From NCBI RefSeq assembly GCF_009914755.1, contig NC_060930.1: a DNA stretch of 64,000 nucleotides; one strand, written 5' to 3'. The position numbers and the translations under genes were made by a program. The notes beneath the pieces are model-generated. The model was given only the letters and a program-made list of their open reading frames with translations, was not told the origin of the DNA and did not search any database. The DNA comes from the human T2T-CHM13v2.0 reference genome, Homo sapiens. Below, piece by piece: positions 1 through 14,751 of this stretch. Within the stretch, counting starts at the first letter, position 1, and every line of letters begins with the position of its first letter.

Positions 1-339
1 CACCTGGCTAATCCACCCTCTATGTTTAACATATGAGATGAAATGAAGTACAGAGGTGAAACGATTGGCTCAAAGCCCTTCAGCTTAACTGAAACTGAAA
101 CTCAGGTGTTTTACCTCAGACCAGTGTTTCAGGCTAATCCTAAACCAAGAATTTTAGGACATACAGTTTTCTTGATACATACAAAAACTTCACTGTAAGG
201 AATATTTTTCAGTTAATTTAAATATAACTTATATAGAGAAAGGAAATATAACTTGTTATAGAAAGAGTATCAGTGATAGAAGAATTAAGTATACTTCATG
301 TGTTAGATGTGGTGACTTATTCATCATTAGGTATGTTTT

Positions 340-480
340 GTGAGGTAGACATTATCATTTATAAATTTCATATATTTTAAATGAGGAAACTGATACACAA
401 AGAGATCAATAGACTTGTATTAGGTCACACAGCTGGTGAGTGGCAAAGTCAGGAAAGGAACTCAAAACATAGGACACTTA
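340..480 (-). mobile_element. MIR SINE fragment
   Basis: Reverse MIR core: ATGAGGAAACTGA...GTCACACAGCTGGTGAGTGGC. Confidence 0.7.
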
Positions 481-1070
481 GTCCCACCTTTCTTTTCCCT
501 TCCTAAAAATAGAACCCTATATTTGTAAAATATAATTTTTGTTTTGTTTTCCTTTTGGAGGCCGAGTGGAAAGGACCTCTTGGATAGGAGTGGTGAACAA
601 AATGCACTTACGTTTCACAAAGGACCATTTTATAATTAACTTGGATGGGGCCCAGTGCGAGAGAACAGAAGAATAGTATTGAGATGAGGGGATCCTGCAG
701 CGTCCAAATAGAATTAGAACTAGACGCCACTTGTCAAGATAAATGTTTGACAAAACGGGCATGTCTCTCCAGAATTCATTAAAATGTTGTTTTAAATATT
801 AACAATTTCTTAAAGCAATGCTGTTGATGCTTAAGAAGTTATACTAACAAGTTTTTCTTTATTCTTCCTTGGTCCAGCTCTTTTGTGCTCTATAGAATGA
901 CTGTAATCACAAAATAAGCTCCCAAAGTAGTGAAAGTTCCTCAATATAAATGATAAGGCCAGTAAAGCCCAGAGAAGCCATATCCAACATCACTTGAGCT
1001 AGAATGCAATGAAGATGAATTTAGTAGCTAATTCAATTTGACATCAAGTTGAGCTACAGATTAAATATAG

Positions 1071-1420
1071 AAAAATAGCCAGGCACAGAAAGACAAACTT
1101 CGCATGTTCTCACTTATTTGTAGGGACTAAAAAGTAAAACAATTGTACTCATGGAGATAGAGAATAAAAGGATAGTTACCAGAGGCTGGAAAGGGTAGTG
1201 ATGGGTGCGGTTCTTCACAGAGAAGTGGGGATGGTTAATGGGTACAAAAAAATCACTAGAAATAATGAATAAGACCTAGTGTTTGTTAGTGCAACAGGGT
1301 GACTATGGTAAAAAATAATTTTATTGTACATTTAAAAATAACTAAAATAACATGATCAGATTGTTTGTAACACAAAGAATAAATGCTTAAGGGGATGGAT
1401 ATCCCCTAAATAAATAAATG
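1071..1420 (+). mobile_element. L1MA-type LINE-1 3' end fragment
   Basis: AGCCAGGCACAGAAAGACAAACTTCGCATGTTCTCACTTATTTG...CAACAGGGTGACTAT...ATAAATGCTT matches the L1MA 3' UTR. Confidence 0.85.
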
Positions 1421-1552
1421 TAGGAAAAACTTGGATAAATGTTTCTATTAGGGAAAAATAAAGTCATTTAGAACATTAAGGACATTAAAAGAATAAAGTA
1501 CACGGTATTAAACTTGAAGATAAAAAAACAGAGTTTTTAGGTCCAAAGAATT

Positions 1553-1935
1553 ATATTCAGTGTTTGTTTATTCAACAAAGGGTTTTTGTTTGTTTGTTGT
1601 TTTGTTTTGTTTTGTTTGTTTTTAGTATGTGCCAGAAATGGTCCTGGGTCTGGAGGTAACAATGGCACACATGGGGGGAAATCATCAATAAACAGTCAAT
1701 AAGTCAATAAACAAGATCATCGCATCTTTGTAAGTGCTCTGAAGAAAATAAACAGGATGTGGTCTTGGAAAGTGGATGAGAATGGCTTCTTCCGTAGAGA
1801 AGCTGCGAGGCCTCTCGGGAGAAGCAGCATTTGAGGTAAGATCTGAAAGCTGAGAAAGAGCCAGCCACAGGAGGAGCTAAATGCCTGAGACAGCAGCTAT
1901 GCATATGAGAGCAATAGAAAAGAGGCCAAAGTGTG
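1553..1935 (-). mobile_element. L2 LINE 3' fragment containing a (TTTG)n tract at about 1583-1623
   Basis: TTATTCAACAAA...TATGTGCCAG...AAGTGCTCTGAAGAAAATAAACAGG...TTTGAGGTAAGATCTGAA are reverse L2 motifs. Confidence 0.65.
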
Positions 1936-2314
1936 CTGTAATGTATGTCCATGTACTCACACATGCATATCCACACGTGTGTGCATGTGCGCACTGAATG
2001 ATGACAAAATGTGAACATCAGCTAGACTAGTATCCAGAAATCAGGATAGGTAAATTCCCTTGACATCATATTTTGAAGTGTTCTAACTCCCTTTTCTCCT
2101 ACCCAATGCCCTCCCCCTCACCCCAAGCACACACATGGAACTTGGGAAAACATTAAAAATATTGACTTCCAGAAAGGTACATTACATCTTTATCTCTAGT
2201 TCAGGATGTCATATCAAATGACTCCTGCCTATGCCTGGTTGGTGGATTACTTTTGTAAATTCAACTATTTGGAAACCACTAGTTTTCAAAAGACTAATGT
2301 GCAGCAAAAGAAAA

Positions 2315-2684
2315 TGTCTAAGCCTGTTTTGTGCTGCTGTCACAGAATACTTGAGACTGGGTGACGTATAGAGAACAGAAATTTATTGTTTCACAGTTGT
2401 GAAAGCTGTGAAGCCCAAGATTGAAGGACCATGTCTAGTGAGGGCTTTCTTTCTCTGTCATAATATGTTGGAAGGCATCACGTACCAAGAGAGCCCGCAG
2501 GAGAGATGGAAGGGGCCAAACTCATCCTTCATAAGGATGCCACTTCTCTGATAACAGCATTAATCCATGTGAGGGCAGAGCCCCTATGACTTAATCAACT
2601 CCTAAGGTGCTGCTGTCAACACTATTGCATTGGAGATTAAGTTTTCAACACATGAACTTTGGGGGACACAATCAAGCCATAGCA
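2315..2684 (-). mobile_element. MST/MLT1A-type MaLR solo LTR
   Basis: Begins TGTCTAAGCCTGTTTTGTGCTGCT..CAGAATACTTGAGACTGGGT and ends GGGGGACACAATCAAGCCATAGCA; about 370 bp with TG..CA termini. Confidence 0.85.
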
Positions 2685-5152
2685 GCCAGCCACTATATTT
2701 TCATGGAAAGAAAACATATTGAGACTCCCACAAAGTAAACTTCTTTGGATGCCATGAGTGTAAAATCTTGATTTGAGCTTCATTTCATAGCCATGGTGGC
2801 AAATCAAATTGTTAAATATATTTGTGAGTCTATAATTATGGAGGAAGTCATTGTCTCATAATATATTCCAAAAATGTTTAAATATTTGTTTGTCCTCTTC
2901 TTTTTTCAGTGTCTCATAGTCTTTCTCTTTTACCATGCCCATTTATTTCTTGACATCACCATTCATGAACCTTCCCAACATGGTTTTAAGTTCAAGCTTC
3001 TTGTTTTTTCTGCTTTGGTAGGATCTTGCTATACCATTCTCTTGCCCTTCGAAGCACAATAAAGCCAATAATAGAGACATCTTCTTGTATCAGCATTTTG
3101 GAATCAATATTTTCATAGGTCTTTTACAGTTAAATCAGCTCTTGGATAAAGTGGAACTTTAAGAAAGTCTGGACTTTAAAATGACTATATTCTGGTAATC
3201 ACAAAGTCATAAAACAGAGCATTTCAGTGACGATGGGTCATGTTTTTTCAGTCTTAATTTAGAATTTTTTTCAACTGACTTTGAGTTGCTGTTACAATTC
3301 AACCTGCCTCTGGTGTTTTATATGCCTTAAAATTTGTGGCTACTGTATAATAACCAGGAAAGCGTAGCTACAGGGTTCCAATTACTTTGGCAAAGGAGCC
3401 TTATTACATTGTCTCCAACTAAGCACATAATTAATGTCTCTATTTCAAGGCTATTTCAGCAAATTCAAAACCCAGAATCTATCCATACATATTTAGGGAT
3501 GCATGGGAACACTTGTGATGTCTTCATTGCAGCAGACAGTAATACCAGAGGAATTTTTGGAAGAATATGGAATACTTTATCATGGGTTGCAAATATTTTA
3601 AAGATGTGGTTTGAAATTAAACATGTTGTTCTAAAAAGTCTCCATGGGAATAGAATGTAATAGAATTACCCACCTCCTGGGAGAGTTTTTTTATGGGTGA
3701 GACATTTTCAGATTGTTACAACGTCTGAGCAGGCATTATATGGCAAGAGAGCACATAGGAGATACATATCTGTCTACAGTGCGTAGGGCATTTGCACCTT
3801 GAGTATCCTGCTGGACAGTTATGTAGGTAAAAAGCCTGTTTGTAATCATCTGAACTTAAGCTTATCTCCATTTTGCAAATAAACACAAAGTATTTTTGCA
3901 CAATCTTAATACTCACTGAATTTTGCAGAAATGCAGCTACCATATACATGAAGAGAATATTGTGGTTAGTTTTGTTCGGAACTTTACCAAGAATTGGTCA
4001 CCATTTCAAAAAAAAATCACACCATTGATGGCAGCACAGCTTGTGGCATTTGAGTTGCCAATAAAACATGCCCATATTATTATACATTTGCAGCAGTTGC
4101 AGTTGCGAGGATTCTGCATTTAGGTGCCACCATCCAACAATTTAATTATATTTTGTAATCAAGCAGATCATGCCCAAACATTTACCTATAGAAATACATT
4201 TTTGTCATGAATTCCTCTTCTTATTTTTCCCCTTATATTATGGGGGAGTTGGCATTTTGTATTTAGGCAAATTATTTTATTCATTAATTTCTTTTCAGAA
4301 TACTAGAGGGACATTTAATTATATTATCAAAGGAGAGTTAGGTGAGATAAGATCAAGAACAATTCTGAAATATATCACTCCTCCAAGAAAAAGGGGGATG
4401 TGGTGCCTGCGCACACATGTGCCCTTCAATGCGAAGAAAGAAGCAGGAAACAGAGATGGGAGAATTGGCCTTGATTTCAGCTCTTATTGAGTGTCAGGCC
4501 CTGTGCCCAGCCTTTCAAATGCATGATCTCATTTTTTGTGCATAGTGCTGAGAAATGCCATGTGTGCTTTGAATCCTGTAGCCCCAGAGTGCCACACTGG
4601 GAGCTGACTGCTTGACATTCGGAGATCAGAGAATGAGAGGAAATGAGTATATGAATATTCTTGACATTGCTGGAGTGTTAGAATTATTTAAAAGTTCTGT
4701 TAAATAAGTGACAGTCTCAGAGCCTGATGTATGGTAGTTAATGAAATTTTCACAAAGAAGTATTATCATAAAATTCGAAGAAAATCATAGTAGCTGCGCA
4801 CACAAATTCACATGCATATGAATGTCAGTGCACGTTGGTGCATTCATGCTTCCTATTTATAGCTTTCGGGACACATCCGAAAGTGATAAATGAACATTGA
4901 AATGCTACACATATGTTTATATCCACTTTTAGCTATGGGGTTGTCTCAAAATGTGGTATCTCCACTGAGCCAAATCCCAGGCATTTAGAAAGTACGAAAA
5001 ATTTAAAACTTTAAAGTGAACCAAAGAGGAGAGAGAAAAAAAAAAAAATCCTAAAACTGAGAGATATGGCAATCATAAACCTGGCACCAAATTACTTTTT
5101 AAAGTACAGTATGAAAAATGAAATGTGTCAGAATTGGTTACTAATACTTCTT

Positions 5153-5202
5153 TGTTGGCTAATTGTCATTTTTCAAGTGTTGGCTAATTGTCATTTTTAA
5201 AG
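5153..5202. repeat. 25-bp tandem duplication (2 copies)
   Basis: TGTTGGCTAATTGTCATTTTTCAAG followed by TGTTGGCTAATTGTCATTTTTAAAG; 1 mismatch. Confidence 0.95.
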
Positions 5203-5554
5203 ACTGATAAAAGAGGACCTTTCCGATACACAGATATCATGGCATTTTTAAGCCTTGAGGTTAATTTTACTATATATAACATTTCAGGGGTGCAAATGTA
5301 AACATTATAATTTCAGATAAGGGACAGATTGCTTTCTTTTAAAAATGCCCAGGTAAAGCTAAAGGTTAGCACTTAATGAGGGGTGTATGTCTGTTCATCT
5401 CTTTTTTTATTGACCCGAATATTGCTGTAAGAAGAAATAAAACAAAGCAAGAGACCAAGTTCAGAGGAGAGAGTACCTGTGCTGAAAAGATGGCGTTTTG
5501 CAACCACTGCAATAAAATGAAAATGACTAGAATTTTGAAAACCTTTTTCTTAAG

Positions 5555-6030
5555 TTTCATTTGGTTGCAAGTTACAGAAACCCAAATAAAACTGATTTAA
5601 GCAAAAAACAAAATGTTAGGTCACCTGACTAAGAAGTCCAAGGGTATTGCTTGCTTCAGGCATAGCTAGATACAAGGAATTGAATTTTGTTAAGTTGTCT
5701 ATCTCTCTTGCCATCTCTTGACTCTGCTCTGTCTCATCTGAATTGACTTCTGTCTAGGTAGACGCTTCCGACATGTTGGTGGACAGAAGCATAATATCTA
5801 AATTATTCTAATCCGAGCAAAACAAAACTTTCTTTTTCCAAAAATTAAAAAAAGGGGGGAGTGCGTGTCTTATTGAACCAACTTGGGTCACATGCCAATG
5901 AAGCAAATACTGTGGGCTGGGGCATGAATTATGCTGATTGCCAGGCCAAGGTTATGTGTCTCTAAGATAGGAGCAGAGAGGTGTCAGCCCCATCAGAACC
6001 TGAACCAAATGCACTGATACCACAGGAGAT
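5555..6030 (-). mobile_element. LTR33-like ERVL LTR
   Basis: TTGGTTGCAAGTTACAGAAACCCAA..AAACTGATTTAAGCAAAAAA...GCTTCAGGCATAGCTAGAT...CTTGGGTCACATGCC. Confidence 0.65.
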
Positions 6031-7923
6031 GAGATTCTATACCCTCCAATTGCTAGTGGCCCAACCCAAGAGGGAGCAGTCAGATATTGCAAAAATTTGT
6101 ATTGCATATATTATAGTAACATAAATTTTAATTTTGTACATATCCCTCTTGAGATGCAAGAATGCATAGTTAGAGAATAACTGAATTTCAAAACTGAAAA
6201 AGATCTTGTAAGTTATGTAGTTGAACATTATCAATTTAAATATCTTTTGAGAATTCACTCATCTTTAAATTGAGTCTTGCTAATTGCAAAAACTGGTTAT
6301 TGTATAGCAGTGCAAAATACTAGGTGGGAGTAATATAACATATGAATCAGAATTGTATTAAAAGCATTTGTTGTATATCCCAAAGATATTTTAGGAGTCA
6401 CTCACTGATGTGAACTACAGGGATTATTACCAAAAGTTTACACAAAAATTGTTTTAATCTGATTTTCCCCATCCCAGCTATGTTATCACTTCTAAAGTCT
6501 CTATTATTATCATGACTTTTTACTCAGTTTAAAACGTTCATTGAAAAGTAATTCTAACTTCTTTTTGTATATATATATATATGTTCCTCTGCTCACTATT
6601 TCTCCTAATTATTACAGACAAGGACAACTGGTGTGCCCTGTTTACTAGGAAAAAACAATCACTTCATAAATATACACCTTTCAGAAAATGTACACCTTTA
6701 AAAGAAATCCAAAGTGAACCCCAAATGTACAGTCACACACTCAAATCCAAATTCCAATAGCTCACACTAAATAGAGAAGTATTTATAATAGAAATGTATT
6801 TGTGTTTCTAATAACCAATGAGTATATGAATATTCATATTTGCCTATTATAGGCAAGTCATTATTAAATATAATTTATGGAAGCAGTTACAAAATATTAA
6901 ATATATTTTGAAGTAATTGCCAAGTCCTTTGTACAAAGGAAGAGAAATTTGACCCAAACTAATAATCTCCCATTATTTGAGATTTTGTCATTGTCAGTTT
7001 GAGTTTACATTTGAAAATTATGTGACTGCCTGGAATCCCACTCCCAAGCCTGGACAATGATGTAGGTGTTGTATTTCAAAACTAGCCAGGACCACAGAGA
7101 GCTAAAGGAGCTCTTTTTTGCCTGCAACTGGTTACCTCAATTCATTAGAGCTGATAATGAGGCCAAGGCCAAGGCCAGGGCTATGACCTCTGTGAATGTC
7201 CTAAGCTCCCTGGATATGAGGCCACAGACCATAGCACTGTCCCTGTCCTTAAGGAGAATAAGATTCGAAGGATATGGACAGAGTAATGCAAAACACTCTC
7301 CAACATTATAAGGCCCTCTACATAGCATGCTATCCAGTGCTAGTGGCCAGACTCTTCATTCCAGAGTTATTCACATCATAAATGGGAATTATAAAATGAT
7401 AGGAATCTTTGCTGACCCATGAAAGCTGATTTAAGGTTTCAACATAATTAGCTGTATTTGTGATATTAAGACAGTAATATTAAATTTTGCAAGAAATACT
7501 GATACAAAAAATTCCAAAGGTCAAAATTGAAATACAAATAGATACTATAATGGGATTAAAGGGCAAGAACATCTAATGGTGAATCTGTTCAATGAATATA
7601 ATGAGATTATTCTCAGGCAGATGAGTCCCTAGCTTAAACAAGAAAATGAACTATGCAGAGCAGAGATATAATATTGCAACTTCTATGAACTCACTGCCTT
7701 TACGTTTTGTCAACACACATTAATTCTGATTTCTTTTAGGACAATCGAATTACTATGACAAGTATCAGCAAAGCTTCATGAACATAAATAAATTTTTATT
7801 TAATCCTAAATTTATCTGAACTAGCTAATTTATTCACTATTCCCGTTAGAACAGCATATCAAATAAAAACTCACAATGCCCATGAACTATAAAATTCTTT
7901 AATTTATCAAAATATTAAGTATA

Positions 7924-8206
7924 GGCCAGGTGTGATGGCTCATGCCTGTAGTCCCAGCACTTTGGGAGGCTGAGGTAGGCAGACTGCTTGAGCCCAGCCT
8001 GGGAACATGGCAAAAACCCATCTCTACAAAACATATGAAAAAATTAGCTGGGAATGTTGGCACGCACCTGTCATCCCAGCTATTCAGGAGGCTGAGGTGG
8101 GAGAACCACCTGAGCCCAGGAGGTCAAGGTTGCAGTGAGCAGTGATCACTCCACTGCACCCCAGCCTGGGCAACAGAATAAGACCCTGCCAAAAAAAAAA
8201 AAAAAA
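7924..8206 (+). mobile_element. AluJ SINE
   Basis: GGCCAGGTGTGATGGCTCATGCCTGT start, dimeric structure, J-type TGAGCCCAGGAGGTCAAGG and a poly(A) tail. Confidence 0.95.
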
Positions 8207-8965
8207 GTGTTTAGTATAAATACTGCTTGTTATAGTTACATTGACAAATACCCCTAACATGCTATCAGAGCTCAGCCATTAAGTTAATGTTATATTTAAT
8301 AGGTTATTATAGTGATACTGTTTAGCCAATTGAGGTTTTAATTGTGTAAGTAGGATACATTACAAATTAAGAAACTTTATTGGATTTTTATAGAATAGTG
8401 GCTTAGTGCATGAGTTATAACATAGACTTATGATGTGAATAAACAACAAAATAAGATCAAATTTTGGCCAGTATTTTGAGCAGGAAAAAATCAACATATT
8501 AAATCATTGGGATATTATTTATAATTATTAAAAACTCATGAATTCTTAACTAGAATTATACCTTCTATATTCATTATTAGTTATGAATTAATTCTTAAAT
8601 GGCTCAAATATGAATATCACCATGTGTAAGATGCTAAACCAGTCACTGAGGAAAAACAAATAAATGTGAAAATTGTTGACCTTTTTAAGGAATTTATGGC
8701 CTAGAATGTATGCAAGATATAAAATACTAAACAAGAAGCAATTTAAAGCACTCTGTGATACCCATGAGTGAACTGGGGTGTAAATCCTCTAATACTTAAA
8801 AAACAGAACACAGTCACTATGAGATTGTAGCTAGGTCTTCAGAGATTAATATACTTCATATTAGTAACATGTGCTTGAAAGTTCATGAGTATGTCCAGAT
8901 ACTTCTTATCTCAATATTTCCTTGGATGTAATTACTCTACTTCTTTGAAATATCTTTTAAGCTGG

Positions 8966-9343
8966 TATTATGGTTTGAAGGTATCCTGCAAAGTTTATGT
9001 GTTGGAAAGTTAATCCCCAACGCAACAATGTTGGGAGGGAGGGCCTAATATGAGGTGATTCAGTCATGAAGGCTCTGCTCTTAAATGGTTTAAAGTTGTT
9101 ATGACAGAAGTGAGTTAGTCATCAGAAGAGTGGGTTTGTTATTCAAACGAGTTTGGTTCTCTCACTTGCATGTGCTCTCCTCCTCTTCTGCCTTCTGCCA
9201 TGGGACAATGCAGCAAGAAAGCACTCACAAAACACAGGCCCCTTGGACTTCCCAGCCTCCAGAACTGTAAAAACTACATCTCCATTTTTTATAAATCACC
9301 CAGTCTCAGGTATTCTGTTACAGAAGCACAAAACAGACTAAGC
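8966..9343 (+). mobile_element. MST-type MaLR solo LTR
   Basis: TATGGTTTGAA...TAATCCCCAA...TTGGACTTCCCAGCCTCCAGAACTGT...CCCAGTCTCAGGTATTCTGTTACAG..CAAAACAGACTAAG. Confidence 0.88.
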
Positions 9344-9717
9344 TGTTATTTCCATTTCAAGCATTAGGTTTCACTTAGTGTAATACATAATTCATAAATG
9401 TGAATATTCTCAGTTAGGTGCACAGAATGGGATTGATCAAGCCCCCAGTTCATGGTACACAGACATTAATAGTCCTGAGATTGGCTTCCTTTTTATATAA
9501 TACTTCATTTTAAAAATTGTATTTGTCTACCCTATCTCCTATTTTCAATCCCATTTTCCCTATTTGTGTATATTTAATGTAGGACTGTTCACTTAATTTT
9601 TAAATTTTTATGAATGCATATATATGTATATTTATATACATATATAAGACATATAATTATGTGTGGGATATGTTTTTAAATTTACAAACATTTAGTTATA
9701 TAAATGGCAAAGAGTGG

Positions 9718-10139
9718 TGTATCAGCCAGGGTTCTCCAGAGAAACAACCAGTAAGATATTTTATTTATATAGAGAGACAGAGAGAGAAGAGAGACAGAGA
9801 GACAGATTGCTTTCAAGGAATTTGCTTGCTTACACAACTGTGGGGACTGGGAAGTCTGAAATCTGTAGGCAGGCCAGCAGACCGGAAACTCAGGCAGGAG
9901 CTGATGCTGTAGTCCTGCTGCCGAATTTCTAAAGGAACTCTTGGTTTTGCTCTTTAGTCCTTTTGGCCAATTGAATGAGGCCCATCCACCCTGTCAAGGT
10001 AATCTCCTTTGCTTAAAGTCAACTGATTGTAGATGTTAACCACATCTACAAAATGCCTTCACTGCAACAGCTCTATTATTATTTGATTACTGGGTACTAC
10101 CATTTAGCCAAACTGACACATAAAACTTGTCCTCATACA
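9718..10139 (-). mobile_element. MLT2-type ERVL LTR
   Basis: TGTATCAGCCAGGGTTCTCCAGAGAAACAACCA...AAAGTCAACTGATTGTAGATGTTAACCACATCTACAAAA...AACTGACACATAAAA. Confidence 0.85.
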
Positions 10140-10945
10140 TGGCTTCTGGTTTCCTGTTCTGCTTAAGATTTCCCCCACTTCTTCAAGTAACTTTATTTTA
10201 ATTTATAACTATACACCTAGCTTCAACAACAGAATACACTTGTGGACTTAGGTTGTATACCATTTCAACTCAAGAAAAAGAATCTGTATTTTCTACAGTC
10301 CAGTCTAGTAACATTTCTTTGAGATCAAACACGGAGGTTCCAGAGTTTGAATGTGAAATGAATACGATGGAGGCACTGAAACTGGTTCTTGGCATCATAG
10401 TCCTTAACTGTGGGACTGCCTGCAGTCCTGTTCTTGAATGAGAATTATAACCAGCCTTCCTTGAGCACATTCTGCATGCCATACCTTGGGCCAAGAGCTT
10501 TTTATGCACTTTAATTATTTCTCACAGCAACCTCATAAAACTCTTCCAAATAGTGTAACAGAGAATTAAATGTGTAGCCCTCCAGATGATACTGAAGAAG
10601 CATCAAGCTACTTTGAAAAAAATATATTTTAAATTTTATTTATTATATCATATGTTCTATTTACTATATTTTAAGGCCATTTAGAATAATTCAGACAGAG
10701 GAAAAAAATTTACTTTGATTACTAGTACCTTATTGTGTACTTTAAATCTGACTCTTGATAACCAGACTAATAATTATAAGAGAAAGCCTACCTTTATTCC
10801 CACTCCTATATCAGACTGTCTGAGTTACAATTTGAATTTCAAAGGTAATGCCACACACTTTTTATTGATAGGAATAGTTTCAGAAGGAATGGTACCAGTT
10901 CCTCCTTGTACCTCTGGTAGAATTCGGCTGTGAATCCATCTGGTC

Positions 10946-12370
<1,425 letters not shown>

Positions 12371-12418
12371 TTATTTTGCTCGTTAGTTGATGCAGTTTCT
12401 TCCTAGCCTCGATGGTCT

Positions 12419-12979
12419 TTACAATTTGGCATGGTTTTGCAGTGGCTGGTACCGGTTGTTCCTTTCTATGTTTAGTGCTTCCTTCAGGAGCTCTTTTAGG
12501 GCAGGCCTGGTGGTGACAAAATCTCTCAGCATTTGCTTGTCTGTAAAGTATTTTATTTCTCCTTCACTTATGAAGCTTAGTTTGGCTGGATATGAAATTC
12601 TGGGTTGGAAATTCTTTTCTTTAAGAATGTTGAATATTGGTCCCCACTCTCTTCTGGCTTGTAGGGTTTCTGCCGAGAGATCCGCTGTTAGTCTGATGGG
12701 CTTCCCTTTGAGGGTAACCCGACCTTTCTCTCTGGCTGTCCTTAACATTTTTTCCTTCATTTCAACTTTGGTGAATCTGACAATTATGTGTCTTGGAGTT
12801 GCTCTTCTCAAGGAGTATCTTTGTGGCGTTCTCTGTATTTCCTGAATCTGAATGTTGGCCTGCCTTGCTAGATTGGGGAAGTTCTCCTGGATAATATCCT
12901 GCAGAGTGTTTTCCAACTTGGTTCCATTCTCCGCATCACTTTCAGGTACACCAATCAGACGTAGATTTGGTCTTTTCAC
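12419..12979 (-). pseudogene. L1 ORF1p C-terminal part (RRM and CTD)
   Basis: KRPNLRLIGVPE...REKGRVT...LQARREW...YPAKLSF...QNHAKL; the N-terminal coiled coil is absent. Confidence 0.92.
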
Positions 12980-14751
12980 ATAGTCCCATATTTCTTGGAG
13001 GCTTTGTTCGTTTCTTTTTATTCTTTTTTCTCTAAACTTCCCTTCTCACTTCATTTCATTCATTTCATCTTCCATCACTGACCTCTCATTCTTTATGCAG
13101 CAAAACAATGGGAGCAATTTTAGGTCCCTCAAACATTTTTACAACAAAATAAACAATCCTCTTTTTACTTAATCTGCAGATAAAGTTAACCATTGACTCA
13201 GCTTTGTCCCTCATGTGGGCAAAGCAAAACCCAACCTCATATCGTTACTTTAACTTAGAAAGAATTCTGTTTGTGTTAGTTATAGTCTCATTTTGGTAAC
13301 ATAGATCGTAAGACATAATTCTGAAGATGAGCTTTTTGCACATTTCTGAATCAAAGTAGTTGGTTTAGAAAGAGCCCTGTAGTCTGCATAGAGGAATCCT
13401 CTTAAGGTCCAAGAACTCATGTCTCACCACCAGTTGAAAATAGAGCAGAGGCCTGAATTCAGAGCCCCCGGCCCTGACCCCAACTGCAGCCGAGACAATT
13501 ACACTGCATTCTGGTCTTACTAGAGCTCAGCCTCATAGAACTTGTTCTTGTAAACTCTGTGCTCATATAAACATGCACCTCTGCATTGAACTTAAGGAAT
13601 TATAACGTCATCATTGTATTGCCGTGACTGCCCCTATTTCCTTATGATTCTTCCACAGCCCTATCAACTCCTAGGCTGCATCACTGTTAAAGTTTCCTGA
13701 GATAATCAGGAAGATTTTCTAAGAGATTGCACCAGGACATTTGTTCAGGCCTCTAATATCAGAACCTTACTTGTTTCTTGAGGCAACCATGGAGTTCAGT
13801 CTCAGACCAACCACAATCAATAATTGTCTTAGACACAATCTTTGTTCCTATATTCCCACTGATTCTCCTTGTTTTAAAAGAAACAATTTCAGAAGTGAAG
13901 AGGGGCATGCAATGCCACGTACACGTTCATTCTCACCATTTTAATTTTTGCATATAAAAACCTGCATAATAGACTCAACAAAAATCTGGGCTGCGAACAG
14001 ATAGTTAATGGGAGAAAAGTCACCTCACTGCCTCATTGCTAACTACTAAGAGCCATGCCTCCCAAAGTCTTGTATGAGAATTGCCAAACATATAAATTTC
14101 TCCAAGGACCTTAGTTCTCACAGGCTTTTCTGAAAGTTTATGCTTAATGGTTTTCATTTCCAAAAGTAGAGCTTATACCAGCTAGTTCTGCACAATGTGT
14201 CCACACCAGAATATTCCCTACAGGCACTGGATCTGTCCTATAAATTAGTCTTTATCAGATTTCTTCTCAGAACTCTGGAGGTTTGGCGACATTGTATAAG
14301 TACTTTAATTGTTATGTAGTTTTGAGAAAAAGAAAAAATACTCCTAATATGTTCACAAATCATCACCCTAGAAAGTATTAGACCTACTTGTTGCTGTCAG
14401 ATACTTTTTAGTTCGTTGGTTCTTTGACTAAATACTTAATATCATGATCTTCCTCATCTTTTTAATTTTCCTGAAGTGGCTTTTCAGATATTCCCCTAAG
14501 ATAGGTTCTTCTAAACTGTTATAAATAATACTTTTGTTTGTGAGTAATATAAGCCCAATAATCTTCCTTTGAATAACTTAATAGCTATAAATAGATGCAT
14601 TTCAGGAGATAAAATAAAGCATAGCAAATTATAAAACATAGACTCTTGAATATAAGCTTGAATATATAAATATAGATTGATATAAACTTGTGCATTTATA
14701 TAAACTTACATGTCACCATTCTGACTTTTTTGAGAAATGCTTTACAGTATA

